Source: Alphaproteobacteria bacterium
GTDB lineage: Bacteria > Pseudomonadota > Alphaproteobacteria > GCA-2731375
DNA length: 64,000 nt
NCBI GenBank assembly: GCA_965232515.1
Contig: CBDDPY010000002.1
Location: 3,712,001-3,776,000, forward strand
Reading direction: 5' to 3'
How positions within the stretch are numbered: position 1 is the stretch's first letter; each line of letters opens with the position of its first letter. The notes under the pieces are model-generated. The model was given only the letters and a program-made list of their open reading frames with translations. It was not told where the DNA came from and ran no database searches. The translations under genes were made by a program, and so were the position numbers. Of the stretch, positions 46,607 to 56,770 are shown piece after piece.

Positions 46607-47500
46607 TCAGCCCTTGAGTGACCCGGCCGTGAGCCCGCGCATGAAGTAGCGCCCAGCAAAGAAGTAGATCAGTAGCGTCGGCAGCGCCGCGATGATCACC
46701 GCTGCGCTCTCGACGTTGTATTCCTTGAGGTCCGTCTGCGGCGCCGTCATGGCCAGCAACGCCGGCGTGATCGGCTTGTTGTAGCCGGACGTGAACGTGG
46801 TCGCGAACAGGAACTCGTTCCAGATATGCGTGAACTGCCAGATCACGACGACGACCAGGATCGGCGGCGACAGCGGCAGCACGATGCGGCGAAAGATGGT
46901 CCAGAACCCGGCGCCGTCGATGCGCGCCGCCTTGATCAACTCGTCGGGAATATTCATGTAGTAGTTGCGGCAGAACAGCGTCACGAAGCCGAGGCCGAGC
47001 ACGACGTGGACCATGACCAGGCCGGCCGTGGTGTTGGCGAGGCCGAGCTTGCCCAGCACCCAGGCCCAGGGCAGCAGCATGAGCTGACCCGGCACGAAAA
47101 CGCCGAACAGAATGAAGGCGAACACGAATTCGGAGCCACGGAAACGCCACTTGGTCAGCGCGTAGCCGTTGATCGCGCCGATCGCGGTCGAGATGATCGT
47201 CGCCGGAATCACCAGCTGCACCGAATTGATGAAGTAGGGGCTGATGCCCTGGCAATTGCCGCCGACGCAGCCGGTGCTCCAGACCTTGCCCCAGGCGCTG
47301 AGATCGAACGATTTCGGGAAGGCGATCAGCGAGCCGCCGTAGATATCCTCGATCGAGCGGAAGCTGGTCAGGAAAACGACGATCAGCGGCAGCAGATAGA
47401 TCGCCGCGAAGGCCAGCAGAATGCCGTAGATAACCATGCGCGAGATGAGCTGTTGGCGTCGCGTGCCGAGCCGTGTGTGGTCGAAGGTTTCGTCGGACAT
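46607..47500 (-). CDS. Carbohydrate ABC transporter permease
   Basis: IPDELIKAARIDGAG EAA loop and WNEFLF. Confidence 0.92.
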   Translation of the reverse strand: MSDETFDHTRLGTRRQQLISRMVIYGILLAFAAIYLLPLIVVFLTSFRSIEDIYGGSLIAFPKSFDLSAWGKVWSTGCVGGNCQGISPYFINSVQLVIPATIISTAIGAINGYALTKWRFRGSEFVFAFILFGVFVPGQLMLLPWAWVLGKLGLANTTAGLVMVHVVLGLGFVTLFCRNYYMNIPDELIKAARIDGAGFWTIFRRIVLPLSPPILVVVVIWQFTHIWNEFLFATTFTSGYNKPITPALLAMTAPQTDLKEYNVESAAVIIAALPTLLIYFFAGRYFMRGLTAGSLKG

Positions 47501-48462
47501 CAGCCGCCGCCCCGCGCCCGGCGGACGCGCAGATAAATGAAGTAGGGCACGAGAAACACCAGCAGCATCGCCAGCATCATGATCGCGCCGGCCGCGCCCT
47601 GACCGAGCTGTCCGCGCGCATACATGACGTCAAAAACGAAAATCGCCGGCACGGTGGTCGCGATCCCTGGCCCGCCGCTGGTCAGCGCCTGCACCAGTTC
47701 GAATGTCTTCAGCGCCGTCTGCACGAGAATGATCAGCACGGCGATGACGATGGGCTGGATCGACGGAATGATGATCCGCCAGTAGATCATCCACAGCGGC
47801 GCGCCGTCGATCTGCGCCGCCTTGACCAGGTTGGCGTCCACCGACCGCAAGCCCGCCAGGAACAGCACCATCACAAAGCCGGAGGCCTGCCAGACGCCGG
47901 CGAAGACCACGGTGTAGATCGCCATGTCCTTCTGGACGATCCAGTCGAACTGGAAGCTGAGCCAGCCGAGATCCTGGATGAGCCGCTCGACGCCGGTCTG
48001 CGGGTTCAAAAGCCAGCGCCAGACGACGCCGGTCACGACGAAGGAGATCGCCATCGGATAGAGCAGGATCGAGCGGAAGAAGGACTCGGCCCGGATGCGC
48101 TGGTCCATGAAGATGGCCAGCGCCAAGCCGACGATGGTGGTGATGATGACGTAGAAGAAGCCGAAGACGAAGAAGTTGGTGTAGGCGATCTGCCAGCGGA
48201 TGTTGGCCCAGAGCTTGGCGTGCGACTTCAGCCCGGTCAGCTCGTAGTTCGGGAACAGTGTCGAGTCGGTGAAGCTGAGATAGAGCGTCCAGAGAACGAA
48301 GCCGTAGGTGAAGATCAACGCCGCCAGCACCGATGGCGCCATGACGATCTGTGGCATGTAGGATTGAATGCGGTCCGACAGCGTCGGCTTGGGCCGGATC
48401 GCAGCCATATCGGGCTCGGACGCATCGGACCTGTCGATCCCGGTCCTGTCGATCGAAGCCAT
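47500..48462 (-). CDS. Carbohydrate ABC transporter permease
   Basis: LYPMAISFVVTG.VW.W and AAQIDGA. Confidence 0.92.
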   Translation of the reverse strand: MASIDRTGIDRSDASEPDMAAIRPKPTLSDRIQSYMPQIVMAPSVLAALIFTYGFVLWTLYLSFTDSTLFPNYELTGLKSHAKLWANIRWQIAYTNFFVFGFFYVIITTIVGLALAIFMDQRIRAESFFRSILLYPMAISFVVTGVVWRWLLNPQTGVERLIQDLGWLSFQFDWIVQKDMAIYTVVFAGVWQASGFVMVLFLAGLRSVDANLVKAAQIDGAPLWMIYWRIIIPSIQPIVIAVLIILVQTALKTFELVQALTSGGPGIATTVPAIFVFDVMYARGQLGQGAAGAIMMLAMLLVFLVPYFIYLRVRRARGGG

Positions 48463-48536
48463 CAACCGCCCCCGCCTGACTGTCCCCGTCCGATCCGGCG
48501 CATCGCGCCGGTGGCGCGTATTCTATCCCGAAACGC

Positions 48537-48582
48537 CGGCCGGCGATGCGGCATCGAAACGCCGATGCCGCATCGCCGGCCG
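48537..48582 (-). terminator. Perfect 20-bp stem-loop downstream of the sugar-binding protein gene
   Basis: CGGCCGGCGATGCGGCATCG-AAACGC-CGATGCCGCATCGCCGGCCG. Confidence 0.65.
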
Positions 48583-48602
48583 TTAAACGATACCGGCGCC
48601 AA

Positions 48603-49871
48603 CTACATGTTGGCCTGAACGGCGTCCGCCACTTGTTCGGCAGCGTCCTTCGAGCTCATGTCGGTATTCATGAAGTTGCTGACGATCTCCATGACGGACG
48701 AGCGAATTCGCTGCGGCTGGGCCATGGAATGCGCCAGCGTCGGCACCAGACCGCCGGTTTCGATCGCCTGTTCCAGATGCTTCTGCGAAAGCTGCTGACA
48801 GTGCGGGAACTCGGACAGGCTGATGTCGCGGCGGGCCGGGATCGAGCCCTTGGCGAGATTGAAGAAGATCTGCACGTCGGGCGACATCACCAGCTCGGCG
48901 AACAGTGCCTGCCCCTGTTTGCGATCGTCATCATCCTGCACGAAGAAGGCGAAGGAATCGGAGTTAAGCGTAAAGGCCAGCTTGCCGTCGTTGGCCGGCT
49001 GGGTGTCACAGAGAAAATCGACGCCGTGCTTGTAGCCGAGCTGGGTCATGTTGCCCTGGAACCAGTCGCCCATGAACTGGAAACCAGCCTCGCCCTTGGC
49101 CACCATCACGGCCGCTTCACTCCACGGTCGGCCGGGCATGGCGTCGTCCATCCAGTTCACCATCTTGCGCAGCTGGTCGAACGTCGCGACCATCTGCGGC
49201 CCGCGCAGCGTGGCGTCGTCCAAATCCATGAACGCCTTCTTGTAGAAGTCGAGGCCCATCCCGACCGCGACCGCTTCGTAAAGCGTGATGTCCTGCCAGT
49301 CCTGGCCGCCGTGGGCGACCGGAACGATACCGGCCGCCGCCATCTTTTCGGCGATCGCGTTGAACTCGTCCCAGGTCTTGGGCAGCTCTTTCTCACCGAC
49401 CGCGTCCATCGCCTTCTTGGATGCGTACATCCAGTTGACGCGGTGGATGTTCACCGGCACGGCGACGAACTTGCCGTCGTACGACATGATGTCGATCAGC
49501 GTCGGCGCCATGACGTCACGCCACTTGCCCTCGTCGGCGATGGCGTTGAGGTCAGCGAGGCCGACGGCTTCGGCCCATTCATGGATGTTGGGCCCTTTGA
49601 GCTGCACCGCCGTCGGCGCGTCGCCGGCGATGACCCGTGCACGGAGCGCCGCGTACTGGCTGGCGGTGTGGCCGGCGATGGCGTTGTCGGTCCAGTCGCC
49701 GCCCTGCTCCCGGAACTTGTCCGCCAGCTTGGCCAGCGCTTCTGCGCTGGAGCCGCCGGTCCACATATGCATGAGCTCGACCTTCGGTTCGGCAAACGCC
49801 GTGACTGCGCCGAGAGAAAGCGAGCCAACGACGGCAACCGCCGCGGTTCTGGCAATCGTTTGAAGCTTCAT
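48603..49871 (-). CDS. Sugar ABC transporter substrate-binding protein (GtsA-like)
   Basis: Signal peptide, VPVNIHRVNW, AHGGQDWQD, FMGDW and KGSIPAR. Confidence 0.9.
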   Translation of the reverse strand: MKLQTIARTAAVAVVGSLSLGAVTAFAEPKVELMHMWTGGSSAEALAKLADKFREQGGDWTDNAIAGHTASQYAALRARVIAGDAPTAVQLKGPNIHEWAEAVGLADLNAIADEGKWRDVMAPTLIDIMSYDGKFVAVPVNIHRVNWMYASKKAMDAVGEKELPKTWDEFNAIAEKMAAAGIVPVAHGGQDWQDITLYEAVAVGMGLDFYKKAFMDLDDATLRGPQMVATFDQLRKMVNWMDDAMPGRPWSEAAVMVAKGEAGFQFMGDWFQGNMTQLGYKHGVDFLCDTQPANDGKLAFTLNSDSFAFFVQDDDDRKQGQALFAELVMSPDVQIFFNLAKGSIPARRDISLSEFPHCQQLSQKHLEQAIETGGLVPTLAHSMAQPQRIRSSVMEIVSNFMNTDMSSKDAAEQVADAVQANM

Positions 49872-49930
49872 TGGTTCCTCCCCGATTGGGTTTCGTGAAA
49901 TTGACCTTCGTTGTTGCCGTTATCTTCTGG

Positions 49931-51649
49931 TCACTTGTAGGGCGGTTCGGCGCCACGGGAACCGACAAGAACGTCGAGATCGGCGCCCTTGTCGGCCTGC
50001 AGCACGTGATCGGCGTAGATCCGCTGCCAACCGCTGGCCATGGCGCTGTCGTGGGTGCCGCGTTCCGCCAGCCGCCGGGCGATCTCGGCCTCGTCGACCT
50101 CGAGCGTCAGGCGGCGGTTCGGCACGTCCAGTTCGATCATGTCGCCGTTCTCGACGGCAGCCAGCGGACCGCCGACCGCGCTCTCCGGCGCCGAGTGCAG
50201 CACGACCGTGCCGAAGGCGGTGCCGCTCATGCGGGCGTCCGAGATCCGCACCATGTCGCGCACACCCTTTTCGAGCAGCTTCTTCGGCAGGCCCATGTTG
50301 CCGGTTTCCGGCATGCCCGGAAAACCCTTCGGCCCGCAGCTCTTCAACACCAGGATGCAGCTCTCGTCGACATCCAGATCGGGATCGTCGATCCGGGCGC
50401 GGAAATCCCTGATGTCTTCGAACACCACGGCGCGGCCGCGGTGGGTCATCAGTTCGGGCGTCGCCGCCGACGGCTTCAGCACGGCGCCGTCGGGGCAGAG
50501 ATTGCCGCGCAGCACGGCGATGCCGCCCTGCGGCTTGAACGGTTGATCGAAGCTGTGAATGACGTCGCGGTTGCCTGACGCCGCGCCTTCGAGGTTTTCG
50601 CCGACCGTCTTGCCGGTGACCGTCATTGCGCCGAGATGCAGCTTGTGGCCGATCTCGCTCATCACGGCCGGCAGACCCCCGGCGTAGAAAAAATCTTCCA
50701 TCAGATATTCGCCGGACGGCATCAGGTTGACGAGGCAAGGCATGTCGCGGCCCAGCCGGTCCCAGTCGTCGAGCGTCAGGTCAATGCCCATGCGGCCGGC
50801 GATGGCCAGCAGATGGATGACCGCGTTCGTCGAGCCGCCGATGGCCCCGATGGTCATGATGACGTTCTCGAAGTTCGCCTTGGTCAGGATCTTCGACATG
50901 GTCAGGTCTTCCTCGACCAGGCCCACGGCGCGGCGGCCGACCATGCGGGCGAGCGCGTTGCGGCGCGCATCGGCGGCCGGAATGGCGGCGTTCTGCGGCA
51001 ACGCCAGGCCCAGCGACTCGACCACCGAGGCCATCGAGGACGCGGTGCCCATGGTGTTGCAGTGGCCGATGGACCGGGCCGTCGAGGCCTCCAGTTCCTC
51101 ACCCAGACTTGGGTCGAAGGCACCGGCGCGGATCTCCTCGCGCAGCTTGATGAAGGTGGTGCCGTTGCCCATGCGCTGGCCGCGCCACCAGCCGTTCAGC
51201 ATCGGCCCGCCGGAAATGACGATCGAGGGTATGTCGCAAGACGCCGCCCCCATCACCAGCGCCGGCGTGGTCTTGTCGCAACCGCACATCAGCACCACGC
51301 CGTCGAGCGGATTGGCGCGGATCGACTCCTCGACGTCCATGGCCGCGAGGTTGCGGTAGAGCATGGTCGTCGGCCGCATCAGCGTTTCGCCGAGTGACGT
51401 GACCGGAAATTCGAGCGGAAAGCCGCCCGCCTCCAGCACGCCGTCATGCACATGCTTCGCCATTTGCCGCATATGCTGGTTACAAGGCGTCAGCTCCGAC
51501 CAGGTATTGCAGATGCCGATCACCGGCCGCCCGTCGAACAGGTCGTGCGGATAGCCCTGGTTCTTCATCCAGCCGCGCGAGCCCGACTGGCCAAACGGCG
51601 CGCCGAACCAGACCTGCGAGCGACGTTTCTTCCGGGTTTCTTCGTCCAT
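49931..51649 (-). CDS. IlvD/Edd-family sugar-acid dehydratase (L-arabinonate/D-xylonate dehydratase-like)
   Basis: ICNTWSELTPCN, GCDKTTP, HCNTMGTASSM and ISDARMSGT. Confidence 0.9.
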   Translation of the reverse strand: MDEETRKKRRSQVWFGAPFGQSGSRGWMKNQGYPHDLFDGRPVIGICNTWSELTPCNQHMRQMAKHVHDGVLEAGGFPLEFPVTSLGETLMRPTTMLYRNLAAMDVEESIRANPLDGVVLMCGCDKTTPALVMGAASCDIPSIVISGGPMLNGWWRGQRMGNGTTFIKLREEIRAGAFDPSLGEELEASTARSIGHCNTMGTASSMASVVESLGLALPQNAAIPAADARRNALARMVGRRAVGLVEEDLTMSKILTKANFENVIMTIGAIGGSTNAVIHLLAIAGRMGIDLTLDDWDRLGRDMPCLVNLMPSGEYLMEDFFYAGGLPAVMSEIGHKLHLGAMTVTGKTVGENLEGAASGNRDVIHSFDQPFKPQGGIAVLRGNLCPDGAVLKPSAATPELMTHRGRAVVFEDIRDFRARIDDPDLDVDESCILVLKSCGPKGFPGMPETGNMGLPKKLLEKGVRDMVRISDARMSGTAFGTVVLHSAPESAVGGPLAAVENGDMIELDVPNRRLTLEVDEAEIARRLAERGTHDSAMASGWQRIYADHVLQADKGADLDVLVGSRGAEPPYK

Positions 51650-51706
51650 GGTTCCGTTGCCTGTCGTTATTCCATCACCGCCTTGACGGTCGGCCGGTGT
51701 CCGGCG

Positions 51707-52870
51707 CTAGTCAACCTCGACCCGCTCGAACCGGTTCAGGAACTCGTCGTTCAGCGACACGCCGAGCCCCGGCAGATCGCGCACCTTGATGACGCCGTTC
51801 TCGATTCCCGTCTCGTAGGCGTCCATCACGATGTCGTAGCGGCCATCGTCGAAGAACGGAAACACCTCCTGTATGGCAAAGTTGGTCAGGCCGGCGTCGA
51901 GCTGCACGCAGGCCGCCGTCGAGACCGGGCCGCCGCAATTGTGCGGCTGGACATGCAGATTGTAGGTCTCGCCGTGCGCGGCGATTTTCTTCGCTTCCGT
52001 CAGGCCGCCGCACAGGCCCATGTCCGGCTGCAGGATGTCGAGCGCCTGTTGCTCGATGAACGGCCGGAACTGGTAGCGGGTGTAGAGACGTTCGCCGCCG
52101 GCAATGGGCACATCAACGGATTCGGCGATCTTCCGCATCGACTCCACGTTCATGGGATCGACCGGTTCTTCCATGAAATAGGGATCGAGATCGGCGATCC
52201 GCCGGCCGAACTTGATCGCGTCCATGGTGCCGAGATTGCCGTGGATCTCGACCAGGATATCGATGCCGTCGCCGACCGCCTCGCGCACGGCGGCCAGGCG
52301 CTCGTAGGCGAGATCGTGCCGGGCCCGGCTGGTATGGCGGCGCGGATAGATCAGCTTGCCGTTCTCATCGAGCTTGAAGGGGTCGAGCTTCATGGCCGTA
52401 TAGCCCTTCTCGACTACCCGAAGCGCCGCTTCCGCATACTCGGCCGGTTCCACCTTCTTGCGGTACCAGCCGTTGGCGTAGAGACGCAGCTCGTCGTTCA
52501 CCCGTCCGCCCATCATCTCGTGCACCGACAGGCCGGCCGCCTTGCCCTTGATGTCCCAGAGGGCCTGGTCGATGGCGCTCAGCGCGCCGTAGAGCACGGG
52601 CCCGCCGCCCTGCCCCCAGAAGGTCTGGCGGAAGACCTGATCCCAGACCCATTCGACGCGGCCGGGATCGGCGCCGATCAGGAACTGCCTGGCGAGATCG
52701 GCCAGCATGGCGATCGCGGCGTGCGCGCCGGTGCCGTAGGCGAGCCCGACTTCGCCGCAGCCATAGATGTCTGAATCCGTGTCGATCCGCAGGATGACCG
52801 GGTTCTGCCGGGTCCCGTCCGCGTCCGAGTTCAGCGGCAGGTCGTAGATGGTCGCCTTGCGAATACGCAC
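51707..52870 (-). CDS. Mandelate racemase-family (galactonate dehydratase-like) enzyme
   Basis: SAIDQALWDIKGK, LYANGW, KLDP, MEEP, GGERL and PHNC. Confidence 0.88.
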   Translation of the reverse strand: MRIRKATIYDLPLNSDADGTRQNPVILRIDTDSDIYGCGEVGLAYGTGAHAAIAMLADLARQFLIGADPGRVEWVWDQVFRQTFWGQGGGPVLYGALSAIDQALWDIKGKAAGLSVHEMMGGRVNDELRLYANGWYRKKVEPAEYAEAALRVVEKGYTAMKLDPFKLDENGKLIYPRRHTSRARHDLAYERLAAVREAVGDGIDILVEIHGNLGTMDAIKFGRRIADLDPYFMEEPVDPMNVESMRKIAESVDVPIAGGERLYTRYQFRPFIEQQALDILQPDMGLCGGLTEAKKIAAHGETYNLHVQPHNCGGPVSTAACVQLDAGLTNFAIQEVFPFFDDGRYDIVMDAYETGIENGVIKVRDLPGLGVSLNDEFLNRFERVEVD

Positions 52871-52909
52871 GTGTCCTCCCCGGACGGCTTCGATTATGTT
52901 GGTTTTTCA

Positions 52910-52939
52910 AAATAATATATAATCTGTAGAGATCGTCAA
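52910..52939 (-). promoter_or_regulatory. Promoter with a second copy of the GntR-type operator
   Basis: Minus strand TTGACG-N16-TATTAT containing ACAGATTATATAT, which is identical to 42561-42573. Confidence 0.65.
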
Positions 52940-53077
52940 TTATCTAACAGGCTACGTCGAAGGAAACGGCGGACACGGGGCGACAATGTGCTACCAAGAC
53001 AAACGGCCCACCGATGCGTGCGGGCCAATGGGGGTCGCTGGCGGTCGCGGTTGCGACGCAGAGTTGGGGTGGTCCTG

Positions 53078-53854
53078 ATGGCAGACGACACGTCGAGCGG
53101 GGGCGAGGCGTTCGAATTCAGCGCGACCAATTATGCGCGGGTGCGTGACGTCCTGCGCGCCGACATCATCAACGCCGTGTTCCAGCCGGGCGACCGGCTG
53201 AAGATCGCCGAGTTGTCGAAACGCTACGAGATTTCCGCCAACCCGATTCGCGAGGCATTGCAGCAGCTGCAGGGCGAAGGCCTGGTCGAGATGCTGCCCA
53301 ACAAAGGCGCCCGCGTCCGGGTTCTGGATCTGGACGTGCTCAGCGACTGGATCGAGGTGCGCGAGGCCATGGAAGTGTTCTTCGCCCGACGGTTCGTCGA
53401 GCTGGCGAACAAGCGCGACATTACCGAGCTCGAACGGATCGAGGCCGAGCTCGAAGCCGCCGCCGCGGCGCCGGACATGGAAGCGGTGCAGGCGAAGAAT
53501 TCGGAGTTCCACACCCTGATCCATCGGGTCTCCGGAAACCGCGAGGCCACCGCCATCATCAACAAGAACACCGATCTCATCCGCGCCCTGCGTCATCGCG
53601 TCGGCTTCGCCGACAAACGGCTGCCGGGAATCATCCGGCAGCACCGCGCCCTGATCCGGGCGTTCAAGGCACGCAACGCCGAGCAGGCCGGCACGCTGAT
53701 GCGCGAGCATGTGGTCGACGCCGGCAAGGACCTGCGCGATCAGTACGAAGCCTCGATGCGCGACACCTTCGCGAAGTCGGTCGACAGCTACCTGTCGCGC
53801 AAGAAGGTGCCGAAGGGCTGGCGTCCGACCTATCCGGCCGACGCGAAAGGCTGA
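53078..53854 (+). CDS. GntR-family (FadR/FCD) regulator
   Basis: FQPGDRL..AEL...YEISANPIREALQQL.GEGLV and FCD motifs NSEFH, QH and EH. Confidence 0.9.
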   Translation: MADDTSSGGEAFEFSATNYARVRDVLRADIINAVFQPGDRLKIAELSKRYEISANPIREALQQLQGEGLVEMLPNKGARVRVLDLDVLSDWIEVREAMEVFFARRFVELANKRDITELERIEAELEAAAAAPDMEAVQAKNSEFHTLIHRVSGNREATAIINKNTDLIRALRHRVGFADKRLPGIIRQHRALIRAFKARNAEQAGTLMREHVVDAGKDLRDQYEASMRDTFAKSVDSYLSRKKVPKGWRPTYPADAKG

Positions 53855-53976
53855 CCGGCGACAAAAGTTTCGTCCGGGTCGTGCCGACGCACTTCGTGAT
53901 GGTCGTGTTGCCGGCTATTTTGCTGGAGAATATCCCCTTCCCACAGGCGGTGTAGGAATAGCGGCCATGACGCATC

Positions 53977-55701
53977 ATGACTGACGCGGCGAATTCAAAC
54001 GCGCCCCTGTCCGAGGACGCATACCTGCAACGGCTCCGCGACTTGCAGGCGCAACACTGGCCGCCCGATGTGCCACGGGAGCCGCACTACCCGTTCGGCG
54101 AGATCGCGATCACCGACTATCTGCGCCGCTGGGCCGAGCAGGCGCCGGACAGGCCGCTCTACATCTTCTATGGCCGCGAGGTGACCTATGCCGACGTGGA
54201 CCGCCTGAGCGACCGGTTCGCGGCCGTCCTGCAGGCCGACGGCATCAAGCCGGGCGACGCGGTCGCCGTCTTCCTCGGCAACTGCCCGCAATTCACCATC
54301 GCGTTCTTCGGCATCCTCAAGGCGGGCGCCGTGCATGTGCCGGTCAACCCGATGTTCAAGGAGCATGAGCTGCTCTACGAGCTGAACGACAGTCAGGCGC
54401 AGGTGGTCGTCGCCGACCACGCGCTGATGCCCCTCGTCGCCAAGGTGAAGGACCAGACCCGCGTACGGCGTTTGTTCGGCACCGGGCTTGGCGAGATGGT
54501 GCCCGACGCTCCGACCTTCCACGTCCCCAACAGCGTGACCGCCGGGCCGCGCACATCGGACGGCGTCGAGGACTTCCTGACCGCGCTCGATGCGGCGGGC
54601 GAACCGCGTCCCTACGCCGCCGACCTCGATGCCGTCGCCGCCCTGAACTATACCGGCGGCACGACCGGCATGCCGAAAGGTTGCGTCCATACCCAGCGCG
54701 ACATGATCTATACGGCGGCCACGGCCTGCCGCACCAACGCCCCGCTCCACGCCGGCGACGTCAGCGTCAACTTCCATCCGCTGTTCTGGATCGCGGGCGA
54801 AGATCTCGGCCTGATCTTTCCCGTGTTCACCGGCTCGACCTGCATCCTTCTCGCCCGCTGGGATCCGCTGAGCTACATGGGCGCCGTCGACCGGCATCGG
54901 GCCAATCGGGCGGTGCTGCTGGTCGACAACGCCGTGGAACTCATGGACCACGACAGCGTCGGCGATTTCGATCTGACCTCGATTGAAACGACGGGCGTCT
55001 CCTCGTTCGTGAAGAAGCTCAACCGCGACTACCGCCAGCGCTGGCGGGCGCTCACCGGCTCGACCATGGTCGAGCTGTCCTACGGCATGACCGAGACCCA
55101 TACCTGCGACAGTTTCACCACGGGTTTTCAGAACGACGACTTCGACCTCGGCCTGGAGCCCATCGTCGTCGGCCTGCCGGTGCCGGGCACCGAATTCAAG
55201 ATCAGCGACTTCGAGACCGGCGCGTTGCTGCCGCTCGGCGCCGAAGGCGAGATCTGCGTGCGCTCGCCGTCGAACCTGAAGGCCTACTGGAACAAGCCCG
55301 ACGCCACGGCCGACGCGCTCCGCGACGGCTGGCTGCATACCGGCGATATCGGCATGATCGACGAGATGGGCCTCCTGCATTTCCTCGGTCGGCGCAAGGA
55401 GATGCTGAAGGTCAAGGGCATGTCCGTGTTCCCCGCCGAGCTGGAGGCGCTGCTGGGCCGGCATCCGGCGGTGATCGGATCGGGCGTCATCGGCCGCCCG
55501 GACGAGGAACGCGGTCAGGTGCCGGTCGCCTTCATCCGACTCGACCCGGAACGCGGCGCCGGCCTGACGGCCGATGACATCGCGGCCTGGTGCAGGGACG
55601 CGATGGCGACCTACAAACGGCCTGAGATCCGTATCGTCGACGCGCTGCCGATGACGGCGACGGGCAAGGTCAAAAAGGGCGAGCTGGAAAAGCTGCTTTG
55701 A
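53977..55701 (+). CDS. AMP-binding acyl-CoA synthetase
   Basis: YTGGTTGMPKG, YGMTET, GWLHTGD and TATGK. Confidence 0.92.
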   Translation: MTDAANSNAPLSEDAYLQRLRDLQAQHWPPDVPREPHYPFGEIAITDYLRRWAEQAPDRPLYIFYGREVTYADVDRLSDRFAAVLQADGIKPGDAVAVFLGNCPQFTIAFFGILKAGAVHVPVNPMFKEHELLYELNDSQAQVVVADHALMPLVAKVKDQTRVRRLFGTGLGEMVPDAPTFHVPNSVTAGPRTSDGVEDFLTALDAAGEPRPYAADLDAVAALNYTGGTTGMPKGCVHTQRDMIYTAATACRTNAPLHAGDVSVNFHPLFWIAGEDLGLIFPVFTGSTCILLARWDPLSYMGAVDRHRANRAVLLVDNAVELMDHDSVGDFDLTSIETTGVSSFVKKLNRDYRQRWRALTGSTMVELSYGMTETHTCDSFTTGFQNDDFDLGLEPIVVGLPVPGTEFKISDFETGALLPLGAEGEICVRSPSNLKAYWNKPDATADALRDGWLHTGDIGMIDEMGLLHFLGRRKEMLKVKGMSVFPAELEALLGRHPAVIGSGVIGRPDEERGQVPVAFIRLDPERGAGLTADDIAAWCRDAMATYKRPEIRIVDALPMTATGKVKKGELEKLL

Positions 55702-55736
55702 GCGGACGGGGACACGGTGGCAAAGAGAGGACAGGC

Positions 55737-56759
55737 ATGGCCGACAAGCGCATTTTGATTGCTCAGATGGCGGAGCGTGACGATTGGCTCGCCCAGGTCG
55801 AGGAACCGGCCATCGATCCGGCGCGCGAGATCGTCGACCCGCACCATCACCTCTGGGACCGCAACGGCTCACGCTACCTGCTGGAGCGGCTCTGGGCTGA
55901 CACCGGGTCCGGGCACAACGTGGTCCAGACGGTCTTTGTCGAATGCCGATCCGGCTATCTCCAGGATGGGCCGGAACATCTGCGCCCCGTCGGCGAGACC
56001 CGGTACGTGGCGGACATCGCCAAGGCTTCGGCGGAGAACCCGAACGGCGCCACCGTAGCCGCCATCGTCTCGCATGCCGATCTCAGACATCCCGATCTGG
56101 ACGCGGTGCTCGACGCGCACGTGGACGCAGGCGAAGGATTGTTCCGCGGCATCCGGCATGCCGGCGCACATGAGCCGGAACCGGCGGCATTGATGATTGC
56201 CGGCCGCGCGCCGGCCGGGCTCTACGCCGATCCGGATTTCCGCCGCGGCGTCGCCACCCTGGGCGAACGCGGGCTGACCTACGACACCTGGCACTACCAC
56301 CATCAGAACCGGGACTTCCACGACCTGGCCTTGGCCGTGCCCGGCACCACGCTGGTGCTCGATCATTTCGGCACGCCGCTCGGCGTCGGCCAGTATGCCG
56401 GGCGACGCGACGAGATCTTCGCCGCCTGGAAGGACGATATCGCCGCCATCGCCGAGTGCCCGAACGTCGTCGCCAAGCTCGGCGGGCTCGCCATGCCCGA
56501 CAACGGCTTCGGCTGGCACGAACGCGCGGCGCCGCCGACCTCGGACGAGTTCGTCGAGGTCCAGGCGCCCTATTACCATCACGCCATCGCTTGCTTCGGC
56601 CCGGAACGCTGCATGTTCGAAAGCAACTTCCCGGTCGACCGCGTCTCGATCAGCTACGCCGTCCTGTGGAACGGCCTGAAGAAGATCGCCGCCGATTACG
56701 ACGAAGCCGCGCAGGCGGCGCTGTTCAGCGGCACCGCCCGCCGCGTCTATCGGCTCTGA
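55737..56759 (+). CDS. Amidohydrolase_2-family metal-dependent hydrolase
   Basis: VDPHHHLW, RGIRH, LDHFG and MFESNFP. Confidence 0.88.
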   Translation: MADKRILIAQMAERDDWLAQVEEPAIDPAREIVDPHHHLWDRNGSRYLLERLWADTGSGHNVVQTVFVECRSGYLQDGPEHLRPVGETRYVADIAKASAENPNGATVAAIVSHADLRHPDLDAVLDAHVDAGEGLFRGIRHAGAHEPEPAALMIAGRAPAGLYADPDFRRGVATLGERGLTYDTWHYHHQNRDFHDLALAVPGTTLVLDHFGTPLGVGQYAGRRDEIFAAWKDDIAAIAECPNVVAKLGGLAMPDNGFGWHERAAPPTSDEFVEVQAPYYHHAIACFGPERCMFESNFPVDRVSISYAVLWNGLKKIAADYDEAAQAALFSGTARRVYRL

Positions 56760-56770
56760 TCGCGCCGGCC

